DNA of 64,000 nt from an uncultured bacterium (GTDB lineage Bacteria; Electryoneota; Electryoneia; Electryoneales; Electryoneaceae), in assembly GCA_964538455.1 (NCBI GenBank), contig CAZIDZ010000007.1, positions 33,645-97,644 of the forward strand. The letters are read 5' to 3'. Positions 28,192 to 37,253 of the stretch are shown here, one piece after another. The stretch's first letter is position 1; each line of letters starts with the position of its first letter. The notes beneath the pieces are model-generated. The model did not search any database, was not told the DNA's origin, and saw nothing but the letters and a program-made list of their open reading frames with translations. A program made the translations under genes and the position numbers.

Positions 28192-31100
28192 TGGCCTGCG
28201 AACACAATCGGAACCGAAATGGACGCCGGGCGAAATCCCGGCCTTTCTCGTGCCTGATCGTCTTCGCCGCACTGGTGTTTCCCGGGGCCGTCAACGCCGC
28301 TTCTCAATGGCAGCAACGTCTCGTTTATCAGATTGATGTTTATCTACACGACCAATCACGATCCCTCGATGCGACCGCCAAAATCACCTACGTGAACAAC
28401 TCTCCCGACACGCTGGGAACGATCTGGTTCCGTTTGCCTCCGGCCGCGCTGCGAAATGATTCCCCGGTGGAGCAGACTCGCTACCGTGGGCTCAAACGCC
28501 GGCTCCGCGATGTACCGGAGAAGGAGTGGGGCAACCTTATCGTCCACGGCGCGAACTGCGTAACCCGCCAGGTCCGTTTCGAGCAGTCCGGAAGCGTTGG
28601 GCGCCTGCTGGTTGACCCAGCGATCCTGCCCGGAGATTCGCTCGAATTCAAAATCGAGTTCTCCACGAAATTTCCCACCGGTGAGGCGGAAGCCCGGATC
28701 GGGTACCGCCAGAGGCAGTACAAAGGGGCCTATTGGTACCCGATGGTTTGCCCGTATACGTCGATGTACGGTTGGACCGTGAACCGGTATTACGGCACGG
28801 CGGAGGCGTATGGCGAATTCGGCGACTACATCGTCCGCTACCACGTCCCCAACCGTTTCATCGTAGCCGCCACAGGCGAGTTGGTCAACGAGACCGAGGT
28901 GCTGCCTCCTGAACGGCTGGCCGGACTCGCTTTCGATAACCCGCACCCGATCTCAATCCCCGCCGGAGATGAGGGCGAAAAAGAAGTCGTTTGGGAGTAC
29001 CGGGCGCATAGCGTCCCCGAGGTCGCCTTTGCGATGGACCCGAATTTCCTCATTGATCGCAAGGGTTTCGGGCATTTCGAGGCCTGGGCGTTCGTGCGCC
29101 GTGGGCGGCAACAAAAATGGCCGGACGCCGCCGACCTGATGGGCTGGACGATCCTTCAGTTGGAACGGATTTACGGCCCCTATCCCTGGCCGAGGGTGAT
29201 GATGACCGATTCATGGTCCGGCATGGAATACCCGATGCTGACCATGATGAGCAGCGAGACCCCGCGCTATCGCTACTTCCTGATGCACGAGGTGATCCAC
29301 AATTACACGCCGATGATCATCCATTCAAATCCGGTGGATGCCCAGGTGCTCGATGAGGGATTCACGACGTTCGTCGAGCACACCCTCGCGGCTCGCTACG
29401 CGGGCACCGTGTGGAACAAGCTGACGGAGGTGGATCGCGGTCCGTTCCGGAAGGAAATGACGTTGCGGGATGACTGGGAGCGTGGATTGCGGCCCTACTT
29501 CACGGCGGTGCTCGCCGGGGAGGATCTGCCGATGGTGCGTGGGGCCGATGTGGCGGAGGACTATCCTCTGTTGCGCGCCTCCACCTATTACAAAACTCCC
29601 GTGATGCTCAACGCCCTGCGGTATGTCGTGGGTGAAGAGGCGTTCTGGAACGGGATGAAGGAGTATTACCGCCGGGGAGCGTTTCAGCACGTTGACGAGA
29701 CGGATGTGGTTGCAGCGTTCAGTGCCGCCGCGAACCGCCCCCTTGGGTGGTTTTTCAAACCGTTCTTGTACGGTTCCGGCGACATCGACTACCGCATCGG
29801 GCACTTCTCCGTAGAGCAACAGGGCTCCTCGTGGCGCGTGAAATTCACCGTCTCCCGGCCGGGCGACATCCGTTTGCCCGTGAGGCTCGGAGTGATCACC
29901 GCTTCGGGGGACACCCTGCTCGGTGAAATTCCCTTCCTCGACACGGACCCCGGGCTGCCGGGCTACGGGCGATGGGGCACGTGGGATCAGCTGCACGAAC
30001 CGGATGATTCCAGGACATTTCAAGCCGACCTGGCCACGGCATCCAGGCCGGTTGAACTGGTTCTCGATCCCGGCCACCTGCTGGCGGACCGCAACCCGAT
30101 GAACAACTCCACCCGGCATCATCTCGCCGTCCGCTTCGATACGGGAATTCTTCCGACGGCTCCCGGCGTCCTCGATCGGCCCGCACTTCGGTTCTCCCCG
30201 GCCGTCGGGTATGGGGAGGACATGGGAACCTTGGCGGGCGTCAACGTCAATCACGGTTGGATGAACACGGTCTCCCGTTTTCAAGTGCAGGCGCTCGGGA
30301 CGATAAATCCGCCGGGAGAGGATTACCTTGCGCGCTTCGGTTTTTCCAACCCGATACCACCGGGAAACGGCCCCATCCGGGCATCGGTCTACGCGGGCAA
30401 AGCGTTCGAGGAAATCTGGTACGAAGGGGGTGTCGAGGCTAAATGGCGGCTGTGGCGGCCGGAACGAACGAGTTACCGCGCAAGACTTCGCATCGGACAT
30501 TGGGAACGCGATCGATCGATGGATTCCCACCCCAGCTCATCCTACCTGATGGTAATGCTCAAGAAGAAGTGGACGGCCCTGTACGGCAGAAGTGCCTCCA
30601 CGGACGTCTGGATGGCCTCTGGGCTGCAATCTGTGGGATGGTTCTCCCTCGATGCATCTCACCGGACGATCTATGATCTAGCTGCCTATGACTACCTGCC
30701 TGTTCTCCGCTGGTTCAGGAGTTTTCGCCTTGAACTTTCGGAGAGATATGTGGCGCAGGATGGGCGTGTTCCCTCGCTGTTTCTTGCGACTCCTGCATTC
30801 GGAATGCATTACCTGGTGCTCGGCTCGCCGGTCGCAGGTGCACCGTGGACTTCACTTGCAGGTCCTTACGTGGATCGCCCTGCGCTGGTTCCCGGGCTCA
30901 TCAATTCCGATCCGTTGCGGGACTTCGTTTCGCTGGGCACTCGAATGGATTGGTCGCCGCGGTCCCTGTTCGATCCCCGAACGGATATCTTTATCAGCCG
31001 CTTTTGTCAACATTTGCATTTCGGGATTTGGGGCAGCGGTTTGACACGCAGTCTTAAATTCACCTCGCGGGAAATTGCGTACAGTGCTGGAGTGGACGCT

Positions 31101-31262
31101 CAATTGGCTGACTTTTATGGTCTTACATTGACTCTGGCATTGCCGGTCGTGGTCAAACGTCCGGGCAAGATTCGAGCCGACTATGATGGATTGCGTTCCC
31201 TTACCTGGAACCAGAATGTTCGATTTCTGATCTCTTTGGATTCGGATCTTTTTGTACGTTGA
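28191..31262 (+). CDS. secreted M1-family zinc metallopeptidase with a large C-terminal extension
   Basis: Signal peptide (CLIVFAALVFPGAVNA). GAMEN-like SGMEYP, then HEVIHNY (HExxH) and Glu 19 residues later (LDEGF). The ~450-aa C-terminal region is beta-rich with no recognised domain. Confidence 0.7.
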   Translation: MACEHNRNRNGRRAKSRPFSCLIVFAALVFPGAVNAASQWQQRLVYQIDVYLHDQSRSLDATAKITYVNNSPDTLGTIWFRLPPAALRNDSPVEQTRYRGLKRRLRDVPEKEWGNLIVHGANCVTRQVRFEQSGSVGRLLVDPAILPGDSLEFKIEFSTKFPTGEAEARIGYRQRQYKGAYWYPMVCPYTSMYGWTVNRYYGTAEAYGEFGDYIVRYHVPNRFIVAATGELVNETEVLPPERLAGLAFDNPHPISIPAGDEGEKEVVWEYRAHSVPEVAFAMDPNFLIDRKGFGHFEAWAFVRRGRQQKWPDAADLMGWTILQLERIYGPYPWPRVMMTDSWSGMEYPMLTMMSSETPRYRYFLMHEVIHNYTPMIIHSNPVDAQVLDEGFTTFVEHTLAARYAGTVWNKLTEVDRGPFRKEMTLRDDWERGLRPYFTAVLAGEDLPMVRGADVAEDYPLLRASTYYKTPVMLNALRYVVGEEAFWNGMKEYYRRGAFQHVDETDVVAAFSAAANRPLGWFFKPFLYGSGDIDYRIGHFSVEQQGSSWRVKFTVSRPGDIRLPVRLGVITASGDTLLGEIPFLDTDPGLPGYGRWGTWDQLHEPDDSRTFQADLATASRPVELVLDPGHLLADRNPMNNSTRHHLAVRFDTGILPTAPGVLDRPALRFSPAVGYGEDMGTLAGVNVNHGWMNTVSRFQVQALGTINPPGEDYLARFGFSNPIPPGNGPIRASVYAGKAFEEIWYEGGVEAKWRLWRPERTSYRARLRIGHWERDRSMDSHPSSSYLMVMLKKKWTALYGRSASTDVWMASGLQSVGWFSLDASHRTIYDLAAYDYLPVLRWFRSFRLELSERYVAQDGRVPSLFLATPAFGMHYLVLGSPVAGAPWTSLAGPYVDRPALVPGLINSDPLRDFVSLGTRMDWSPRSLFDPRTDIFISRFCQHLHFGIWGSGLTRSLKFTSREIAYSAGVDAQLADFYGLTLTLALPVVVKRPGKIRADYDGLRSLTWNQNVRFLISLDSDLFVR

Positions 31263-31267
31263 AGGTG

Positions 31268-32710
31268 ATGATGCTTCCGGTAAAAACGTTCCACGATCCC
31301 CCTCGACTCCATTTTAGCGGCATCGGGGGCACCGCGATGGTCGCCGGGGCGCGGCTCGCCCTGGAGGCGGGGTGGGAGGTGCGCGGCAGCGACAGTCCGC
31401 TCTACCCTCCGACATCGGAGATGGTTCACGAACTGGGGGTTCATCTCTACGAGGACTATGCCGCGAAAAATCTCGACTGGGGACCGGATCTCGTTCTTGT
31501 TGGCAACGCACTGAGCCGTGGAAATCCGGAAGTCGAGGAACTGCTGAGAAAGCGGATCCCCTACGCCAGCCTGCCCGAATGGCTGAAGAGTGTGGTGCTG
31601 CAGGCCCGGCGTCCGGTGATGGTCAGCGGAACCCACGGCAAGACCACGACATCCGCGCTCGCCGCTTTTCTTCTCGATCGCTGTGGATTGGAACCCGGAT
31701 TTCTAATCGGTGGACAGCCTCTCGACTTTTCCCATTCGAGTAGGCTGGGCGCCGAAGGCACCCCGTTTGTCATCGAAGGCGATGAGTACGACACCGCGTT
31801 CTTTGACAAACGCGCCAAGTTTTTCCATTACATCCCCGAAATTGCGGTGGTCACCTCGATCGAGTTTGACCACGGCGATATTTACGCGAGCGTGGAGGAG
31901 ATCGAAAGGGCTTTCCGCCTGATGCTTCGTCAGGTGCCGCCGGGGGGCTGGTTGATCGCCTGCGCGGACGACCCGCGTGCGGCCGCACTGACAAAGGATG
32001 CTCCCTGCAAAACCTTTACCTACGGTTTCTCGCAGGATGCCCACTGGCGAGGCCAGGAGACCGGAATCTCCTCCGGATTCAGCGGACTCGCCGTGTACCG
32101 TGGCCGGGAGCGGTTCGCGGAACTTGCGGTGCCGCTTTTCGGTCGCCACAATCTGCAGAATACCCTCGCGGCGGTCGCCGTGGCGGCAATTTTGGGCGCG
32201 TCGAGCCGCGATATTCAGGACGCGGTGATGCAGTTTCGCGGGGTGCGGCGGCGGATGGAAGTCTTCCTCACTGTGGGGCAGAGGCTGTTCGTGGATGATT
32301 TCGCGCACCACCCGACGGCAATCCGGGAGACGATCGCCGCTGCACGGTTGCGCTGGCCGGACCGGAAACTTCGAGTTGTGATTGAACCTCGATCCAACAC
32401 GATGGTCCGCCGCACACACGAAAAGGCGCTGGCGGGTGCCTTGTCAGGTGCCGACGAGGTCGTAATCGGTCCCATTTACCGCCAGGAACGGGTTCCTGAA
32501 GCCGATCGCCTCGATCGGGGAAAAGTCTTATCCGAATTGAAGAATCACGAGGTACAAGGCTTTTCCACCGATTCCGTCGATGAGATACTAAAATTCCTTA
32601 TGGATGTTGATGAAACAAGGGATATCGACCTGATTCTTTCCAACGGCGCCTTTGGCGGCCTGTGCGAGATGCTGGCCAAAGCCTATAAAGAAACAAAATC
32701 CGAAAGTTAG
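31268..32710 (+). CDS. mpl: UDP-N-acetylmuramate:L-alanyl-gamma-D-glutamyl-meso-diaminopimelate ligase (murein peptide ligase)
   Basis: HFSGIGGTAM, P-loop VSGTHGKTTT, and the DEYD/Mur-ligase central and C-terminal domains. The 31 kb start is ambiguous (TTG 31259, GTG 31265, ATG 31268/31271). Confidence 0.8.
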   Translation: MMLPVKTFHDPPRLHFSGIGGTAMVAGARLALEAGWEVRGSDSPLYPPTSEMVHELGVHLYEDYAAKNLDWGPDLVLVGNALSRGNPEVEELLRKRIPYASLPEWLKSVVLQARRPVMVSGTHGKTTTSALAAFLLDRCGLEPGFLIGGQPLDFSHSSRLGAEGTPFVIEGDEYDTAFFDKRAKFFHYIPEIAVVTSIEFDHGDIYASVEEIERAFRLMLRQVPPGGWLIACADDPRAAALTKDAPCKTFTYGFSQDAHWRGQETGISSGFSGLAVYRGRERFAELAVPLFGRHNLQNTLAAVAVAAILGASSRDIQDAVMQFRGVRRRMEVFLTVGQRLFVDDFAHHPTAIRETIAAARLRWPDRKLRVVIEPRSNTMVRRTHEKALAGALSGADEVVIGPIYRQERVPEADRLDRGKVLSELKNHEVQGFSTDSVDEILKFLMDVDETRDIDLILSNGAFGGLCEMLAKAYKETKSES

Positions 32711-32898
32711 CAGGGTTGAAATGAAAGTCCCGCTTGCGGGAAATTGACAGTATATGTGGAAGATCTGGGAGCGGATGCGATCCTGGTGGACGCCGCGGCC
32801 TTCAAAGCCGTTGTGGGACCTGACCGTCCCGGCTCGGTTCGATTCCGAGACGTTCCCGCTACTCTCAGCGGCGCACGATACAGGCGCTGCCAAGAGAG

Positions 32899-33687
32899 GT
32901 GAACGGAGACCGGCCGATGAGTCTGCGAAATGCTTGCCGCGTCACCTTTCCGAATGCGGACGGGATCGAACTCTGCGGCCACATCGAACGCCCGCCGGAC
33001 CGTGAGCCGCACGCTTGGGCGGTCTTCGCGCACTGCTTCACCTGCAACAGGAATTACAAGGCGCCCGTTTATGTCAGCAGGCACCTGGCGGAGGCGGGCA
33101 TCGCAACCCTCCGGTTTGACTTCCCGGGCCTTGGTGGATCGGCGGGCGATTTTGCCGATACGACGCTCTCCGGGTACGTTCGCGACGTGATCGCGGCGGC
33201 GACCTTCCTGGCGAATGAATTCCAGTCTCCTAGCATTCTGATTGGTCATTCGATGGGCGGCTCGTCAGTGCTGTTCGCGGCGTCACGGCTCCCGGGGATC
33301 GAACTGGTTGTCACCATTGCCGCGCCCTCTGTGCCCGGACGTTTTGGGCAGAGCCTGCAACTCGCTCGCGAGCAGGCGCTCGAGCGGGGGATTGGGGAGC
33401 TGCGCATCGACAACCGCAGCTATCGCCTGCGCTGCGATTTTTTCGAGGACATTGAACGCCATGACGTCCGCGAAGCTCTCGATGCACTCAACTCAAAACT
33501 GCTGATCATGCACGGTCCCTCGGACGACACCGTTCCGTATTCGAGCGCCGAGCAACTGATGCAATGGGCGCACCCTCCCAAATTCCTGCTCACCCTCGAT
33601 GCTCGCGCCGATCATCTGCTTAGCAGGGAGCGGGACGCACGGCAGGTTGCCCGGGCGATCGCGGTTCGCGTCCGCAGTACTGAGTGA
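32899..33687 (+). CDS. alpha/beta-fold hydrolase
   Basis: Nucleophile elbow GHSMGG, acid/His region (…IMHGPSDDTVPY…DARADHLL). ~260 aa. Confidence 0.7.
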   Translation: MNGDRPMSLRNACRVTFPNADGIELCGHIERPPDREPHAWAVFAHCFTCNRNYKAPVYVSRHLAEAGIATLRFDFPGLGGSAGDFADTTLSGYVRDVIAAATFLANEFQSPSILIGHSMGGSSVLFAASRLPGIELVVTIAAPSVPGRFGQSLQLAREQALERGIGELRIDNRSYRLRCDFFEDIERHDVREALDALNSKLLIMHGPSDDTVPYSSAEQLMQWAHPPKFLLTLDARADHLLSRERDARQVARAIAVRVRSTE

Positions 33688-33825
33688 ACTTGTAAAAAGT
33701 CACGCAAGGGCAAGGGTTTCAAGCGATTCGATCGTTGCTCACGCCCCCGGTGCCCAATCGCCGAATCTTGCCTTTCCCGGGCACCCCCGCTATATTGCAA
33801 CCTGCCTGAAACGGGCGGCAACATC

Positions 33826-34545
33826 ATGCAGAGTACGCTATCTCAACGTTTTGCCGAAGTGCAGCGCCGGATCGCGGAAGCGGCCGCAAGAGCGCATCGC
33901 GATCCCGCCGAAATCACCGTGATCGGAGTTACCAAGACCCTTTCTGCCGCGCAGGTTGCGGAGGGGGTCGAGGCCGGATTGACCAGCTTCGGTGAAAACC
34001 GGCTGCAGGGTGTTCCCGAGAAATTGGAGGCGCTGCGGCGGCTGCTGGGCGATGAGCGGGCGAGCCGTTTGACGTGGCATTTCATCGGCCACCTGCAGAG
34101 CAACAAGGTTCATCCAGTACTTGAGATGTTCTCGTTCATTCACAGTCTGGATCGGGAGAAACTGATCGACCGCGTGGATCGGATTGCCGGCGAGATGGGC
34201 ATCGTCGCCCACTGCTTGATCCAGGTAAACGTCAGCGGCGCGGACACCCAGGGTGGTGTCGATCCGGAAGCGCTCGGACAATTGGCCGAGTACGCGGCGA
34301 ACCGCGGTTCTCTACGCGTGCATGGCTTGATGGCGATCGGTCCGAACACCGATGATGCCGGCGAAATCCGGAGAGCGTTCCGCCATGTGCGCGAGCTTGC
34401 GCGTGAGATGGAGGCGCTGCACCTTCCCGGAGTAGGCATGGAGATGCTCTCGCTGGGAATGAGTGCGGATTATGAAATCGCCGTTGAAGAGGGTGCGACC
34501 CACGTGCGGATCGGAACGGCCATATTCGGCCTCCGCAGGACTTGA
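33826..34545 (+). CDS. yggS: YggS-family pyridoxal-phosphate homeostasis protein
   Basis: VIGVTKT…SFGENRLQ…WHFIGHLQSNK…, single-domain alanine-racemase-N fold, 239 aa. Confidence 0.85.
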   Translation: MQSTLSQRFAEVQRRIAEAAARAHRDPAEITVIGVTKTLSAAQVAEGVEAGLTSFGENRLQGVPEKLEALRRLLGDERASRLTWHFIGHLQSNKVHPVLEMFSFIHSLDREKLIDRVDRIAGEMGIVAHCLIQVNVSGADTQGGVDPEALGQLAEYAANRGSLRVHGLMAIGPNTDDAGEIRRAFRHVRELAREMEALHLPGVGMEMLSLGMSADYEIAVEEGATHVRIGTAIFGLRRT

Positions 34546-34554
34546 GAGGAAACC

Positions 34555-35076
34555 ATGAACCTCACACCGTTGGATATCCGAAAGCAGGATTTCGGCCGTC
34601 AGATGCGCGGCTTTGACGTGGAAGAGGTGCGCAGTTTCCTCGATCTCATCGCAGAACAGTTCGAGGCGATCCGTGCGGAACGCGATGAACTGGCGAAGCG
34701 GGCGGAATTCCATGAGGCGAAGCTCAAAGAGTACCAAAAGATGGAGGCGACGCTTCAGGATGCGATGATGAACGCGCAGAAAGCCGGCCGCAATGCCGAG
34801 CAGGAGTCGTCGAAGAGGAGTGAGTTGCTGGAGCAGAACGCCCGGCTTGAGGCGGATCGAATCATTCACGATGCCCGCCGCAAACACCAGAAGCTGCTCG
34901 ACGATGTACACCGTCTCGAGGGCCAGCGGCGCTCTTTCATCCTGAAGATGAAGCAGATTCTGCGCGGCCAGGTGGAGCTGCTGGATATTCTCGAGCAGGA
35001 GGCGCTCGAGGACAGCGAGGAGTTGAAGAAGAGCCTCGCAGGTGGTCAATCTCCCCAGGAAAACGCCGAAAAATAG
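34555..35076 (+). CDS. divIVA: DivIVA-domain cell-division protein
   Basis: N-terminal LTPLDIRKQDFGRQMRGFDVEEVRSFLD is the DivIVA lipid-binding motif, followed by a coiled-coil. Confidence 0.8.
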   Translation: MNLTPLDIRKQDFGRQMRGFDVEEVRSFLDLIAEQFEAIRAERDELAKRAEFHEAKLKEYQKMEATLQDAMMNAQKAGRNAEQESSKRSELLEQNARLEADRIIHDARRKHQKLLDDVHRLEGQRRSFILKMKQILRGQVELLDILEQEALEDSEELKKSLAGGQSPQENAEK

Positions 35077-35296
35077 AGTCTTTATTGTAAGAATATCAAT
35101 AGAATGAATCGGGCCTATCGAGAGCATCTCGTCTCGGGACTCGGCGAGTGCTCCGGTGAAGGGGCTGGCAACGAGCGCGGGCCCGGTGAACGTTGTACCT
35201 TTGACCGCTCTCGTCCGATTGAATAGGCGAACGGAGCGGAGTTGAAACGGAAACAGCAGGGCCAACGTGGCCGCTGGTCGATGCGTTAGGAGTACC

Positions 35297-35698
35297 ATGG
35301 CGAACAAAGACGGCATGCGTCGCTATTCAACGAAGGATCTGCCGCATTTCCGGAAAATCATCGAACAGAAGCGTGAGGCGGTGTTGCGAGAGATCGGCTA
35401 CCTCGAGGAGAGTTCCCTGAAAACCCTCGAGGAGTATTCCGGCGATTCCTCGACCTATTCGCTTCACATGGCGGATCAGGGTACGGATGCGCAGGAGCGG
35501 GAAAAGGCATTCCTCTTTGCCTCACGCGAAAATAAATTCCTCGGTCATCTCAATCGCGCGTTGGATCGCATGGAAAACGGCACCTACGGTTTGTGTGCCG
35601 AGTGCGGTTTGCCGATTCAGTACAAACGACTGGAGGTTGTGCCTCACGCTACGCTTTGCATCGAATGCAAGAAGAAGCAGGAAGAGGAGCGGCGTTGA
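35297..35698 (+). CDS. dksA: DksA/TraR-family C4-type zinc-finger transcription factor
   Basis: Coiled-coil, then CAECGLPIQYKRLEVVPHATLCIEC (CxxC-x17-CxxC). AGGAG seven nt upstream of ATG 35297. Confidence 0.8.
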   Translation: MANKDGMRRYSTKDLPHFRKIIEQKREAVLREIGYLEESSLKTLEEYSGDSSTYSLHMADQGTDAQEREKAFLFASRENKFLGHLNRALDRMENGTYGLCAECGLPIQYKRLEVVPHATLCIECKKKQEEERR

Positions 35699-35843
35699 TT
35701 TCCGGTCCGCGGCGGAGGTCGTAAGCAGATCCATCCCCGCTCGCTTGATTCCGCCGGCGGGAAGAATCTCTCGCCAATCCGCCGATTCACTCGCGCCCCT
35801 GAAGCGGTGTTGTCCAGTTGAATAGCCAGCCACCCGCCTGTCC

Positions 35844-36473
35844 ATGACCCGGAGATTAAGCGTGACTCGTACCGTTCGACATTACCTGCCTTTGACACTC
35901 ACACTTCTGGTGATCTTTCTCGATCGATTGACCAAGGTGATCGTGTCGCACACGATGCAGCTTCACGAGTCGATTCCCTTCCTCGGGGATACAATTCGCT
36001 GGACGTACATCCGGAACGACAGCATGGCGCTGGGCATCAGCCTCATCCACTCGCGCACGCTCGGAGTGCTTTCGCTGATCGCGGTTGTCATCGTGGCCTG
36101 GATTTTCGTCCGCATGAAAGACCAATCGGGGGGGATCCGCTGGATCCTGGCCGCCATCCTCGGCGGTGCCGTCGGGAATACCTACGACCGTCTGTTGAAC
36201 GGCTACGTCATCGACTTCATCGACGTTGACCTTCCGAATTTCATCATGGACCGGTTCGCGGTGTTCAACGTCGCCGATTCGGCCGTTTCCGTCGGTGTCA
36301 CCATCCTGATCTTGGTCCTCTTCTTCCAGAAGCAACCTGGCGGACTTCCGCAGCCCGGCGACCTGGAGATGCGGATCGAGAGCGAACCGCCTCCGGCCGC
36401 CGCTGAGCCCGCTCCGGATGTGAACCCTGAGGCCGGGCGAGCGAACGAGACCAGCAACCCGGAGCAGGCATGA
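35844..36473 (+). CDS. lspA: lipoprotein signal peptidase (signal peptidase II)
   Basis: Four TM helices, conserved NTYDRL and FAVFNVADSAV motifs. Confidence 0.85.
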   Translation: MTRRLSVTRTVRHYLPLTLTLLVIFLDRLTKVIVSHTMQLHESIPFLGDTIRWTYIRNDSMALGISLIHSRTLGVLSLIAVVIVAWIFVRMKDQSGGIRWILAAILGGAVGNTYDRLLNGYVIDFIDVDLPNFIMDRFAVFNVADSAVSVGVTILILVLFFQKQPGGLPQPGDLEMRIESEPPPAAAEPAPDVNPEAGRANETSNPEQA

Positions 36474-37240
36474 AGCGGCTGACTTGTGCATTCGTTCTCC
36501 TGTTCGCAGTCGTCGCCGCGTCGTCCGCGCAAACCTTCCCTAAACCGCAGGGTTTTGTCAACGATTATGCCGGAATTCTCTCCTCCGGCGACCGCCTTCG
36601 GCTCGAGTCGTTGGGGCGGGAAATCCAGCAGAAAGCGAAGATCGAGTTTGCCTTTGTCACCATGGATACGATTCCCGAGGGCGAGGACATTTCGCTCTAC
36701 ACGGTGGAACTGGGGCATGCTTGGGGCGTCGGCAAAAAGGGGACCGACCGCGGAGCCGTCCTGCTCTACAAAACGGGAGCCAGCGACAGGAGCGGGCGGC
36801 AGGTGTACCTCGCGACGGGGTACGGTTTGGAAGGCGATGTCCCAGATGGTGTCGCGGGACGGATTCTCGATCAGGTGACGATCCCCTACCTGCGTGAAGG
36901 CCGGGTGCTGGAGGCGTTCGCTGCGACTGCGGTCGCCGTGGTCCAGCGCGTCGAACCGAACGTCAGGCTCACCGGGGAGATGCCTCGCCAGGTGCAGTGG
37001 CAGGGCAGGGAGCAGAGGATGAACCCGCTCGGGATCATCTTCATGGTTGTCCTGGTTGCCGTTCTCATGTCCTTCCGCACCGGACGGGCGATCCTCTTTG
37101 GCATATTGCTCAGTTCGATGTTCGGCCGCCGGGGAGGCGGCTGGGGGGGCGGTGGTTTCGGCGGTGGCGGATTTGGAGGCGGATTCGGTGGATTCGGCGG
37201 CGGTGGATTTGGTGGTGGCGGCGCGGGCCGCTCCTTCTAA
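36470..37240 (+). CDS. TPM-domain protein (YgcG-like) with a C-terminal TM and a Gly/Phe-rich tail
   Basis: Signal peptide, TPM fold pattern (GFVNDYAGILS…FAFVTMDTIPEG…AVLLY…RQVYLATGYGLEG), then a TM helix and GGGWGGGGFGGGGFGGGFGGFGGGGFGGGG. Confidence 0.7.
   Translation: MKRLTCAFVLLFAVVAASSAQTFPKPQGFVNDYAGILSSGDRLRLESLGREIQQKAKIEFAFVTMDTIPEGEDISLYTVELGHAWGVGKKGTDRGAVLLYKTGASDRSGRQVYLATGYGLEGDVPDGVAGRILDQVTIPYLREGRVLEAFAATAVAVVQRVEPNVRLTGEMPRQVQWQGREQRMNPLGIIFMVVLVAVLMSFRTGRAILFGILLSSMFGRRGGGWGGGGFGGGGFGGGFGGFGGGGFGGGGAGRSF
37141..37225 (+). repeat. GGN/TTY codon microsatellite-like tract encoding (GGGF)n
   Basis: ggcggtggtttcggcggtggcggatttggaggcggattcggtggattcggcggcggtggatttggtggtggcggc, an imperfect tandem 12-15 nt unit inside the TPM gene. 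Confidence 0.6.
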
Positions 37241-37253
37241 AGCGGAGTCAGTG

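Noticed and set aside
32780-32857. Intact tRNA gene
   Set aside because: The T-arm is convincing, but no complementary 5' acceptor strand (needs GGAACGT-like) or D-arm with the GG dinucleotide could be found. Reported only as a remnant.
35745-35759. Palindrome TTCCGCCGGCGGGAA between dksA and lspA
   Set aside because: It is GC-only and loop-less, with no U-tract. It could be chance in GC-rich DNA, and there is no supporting context.
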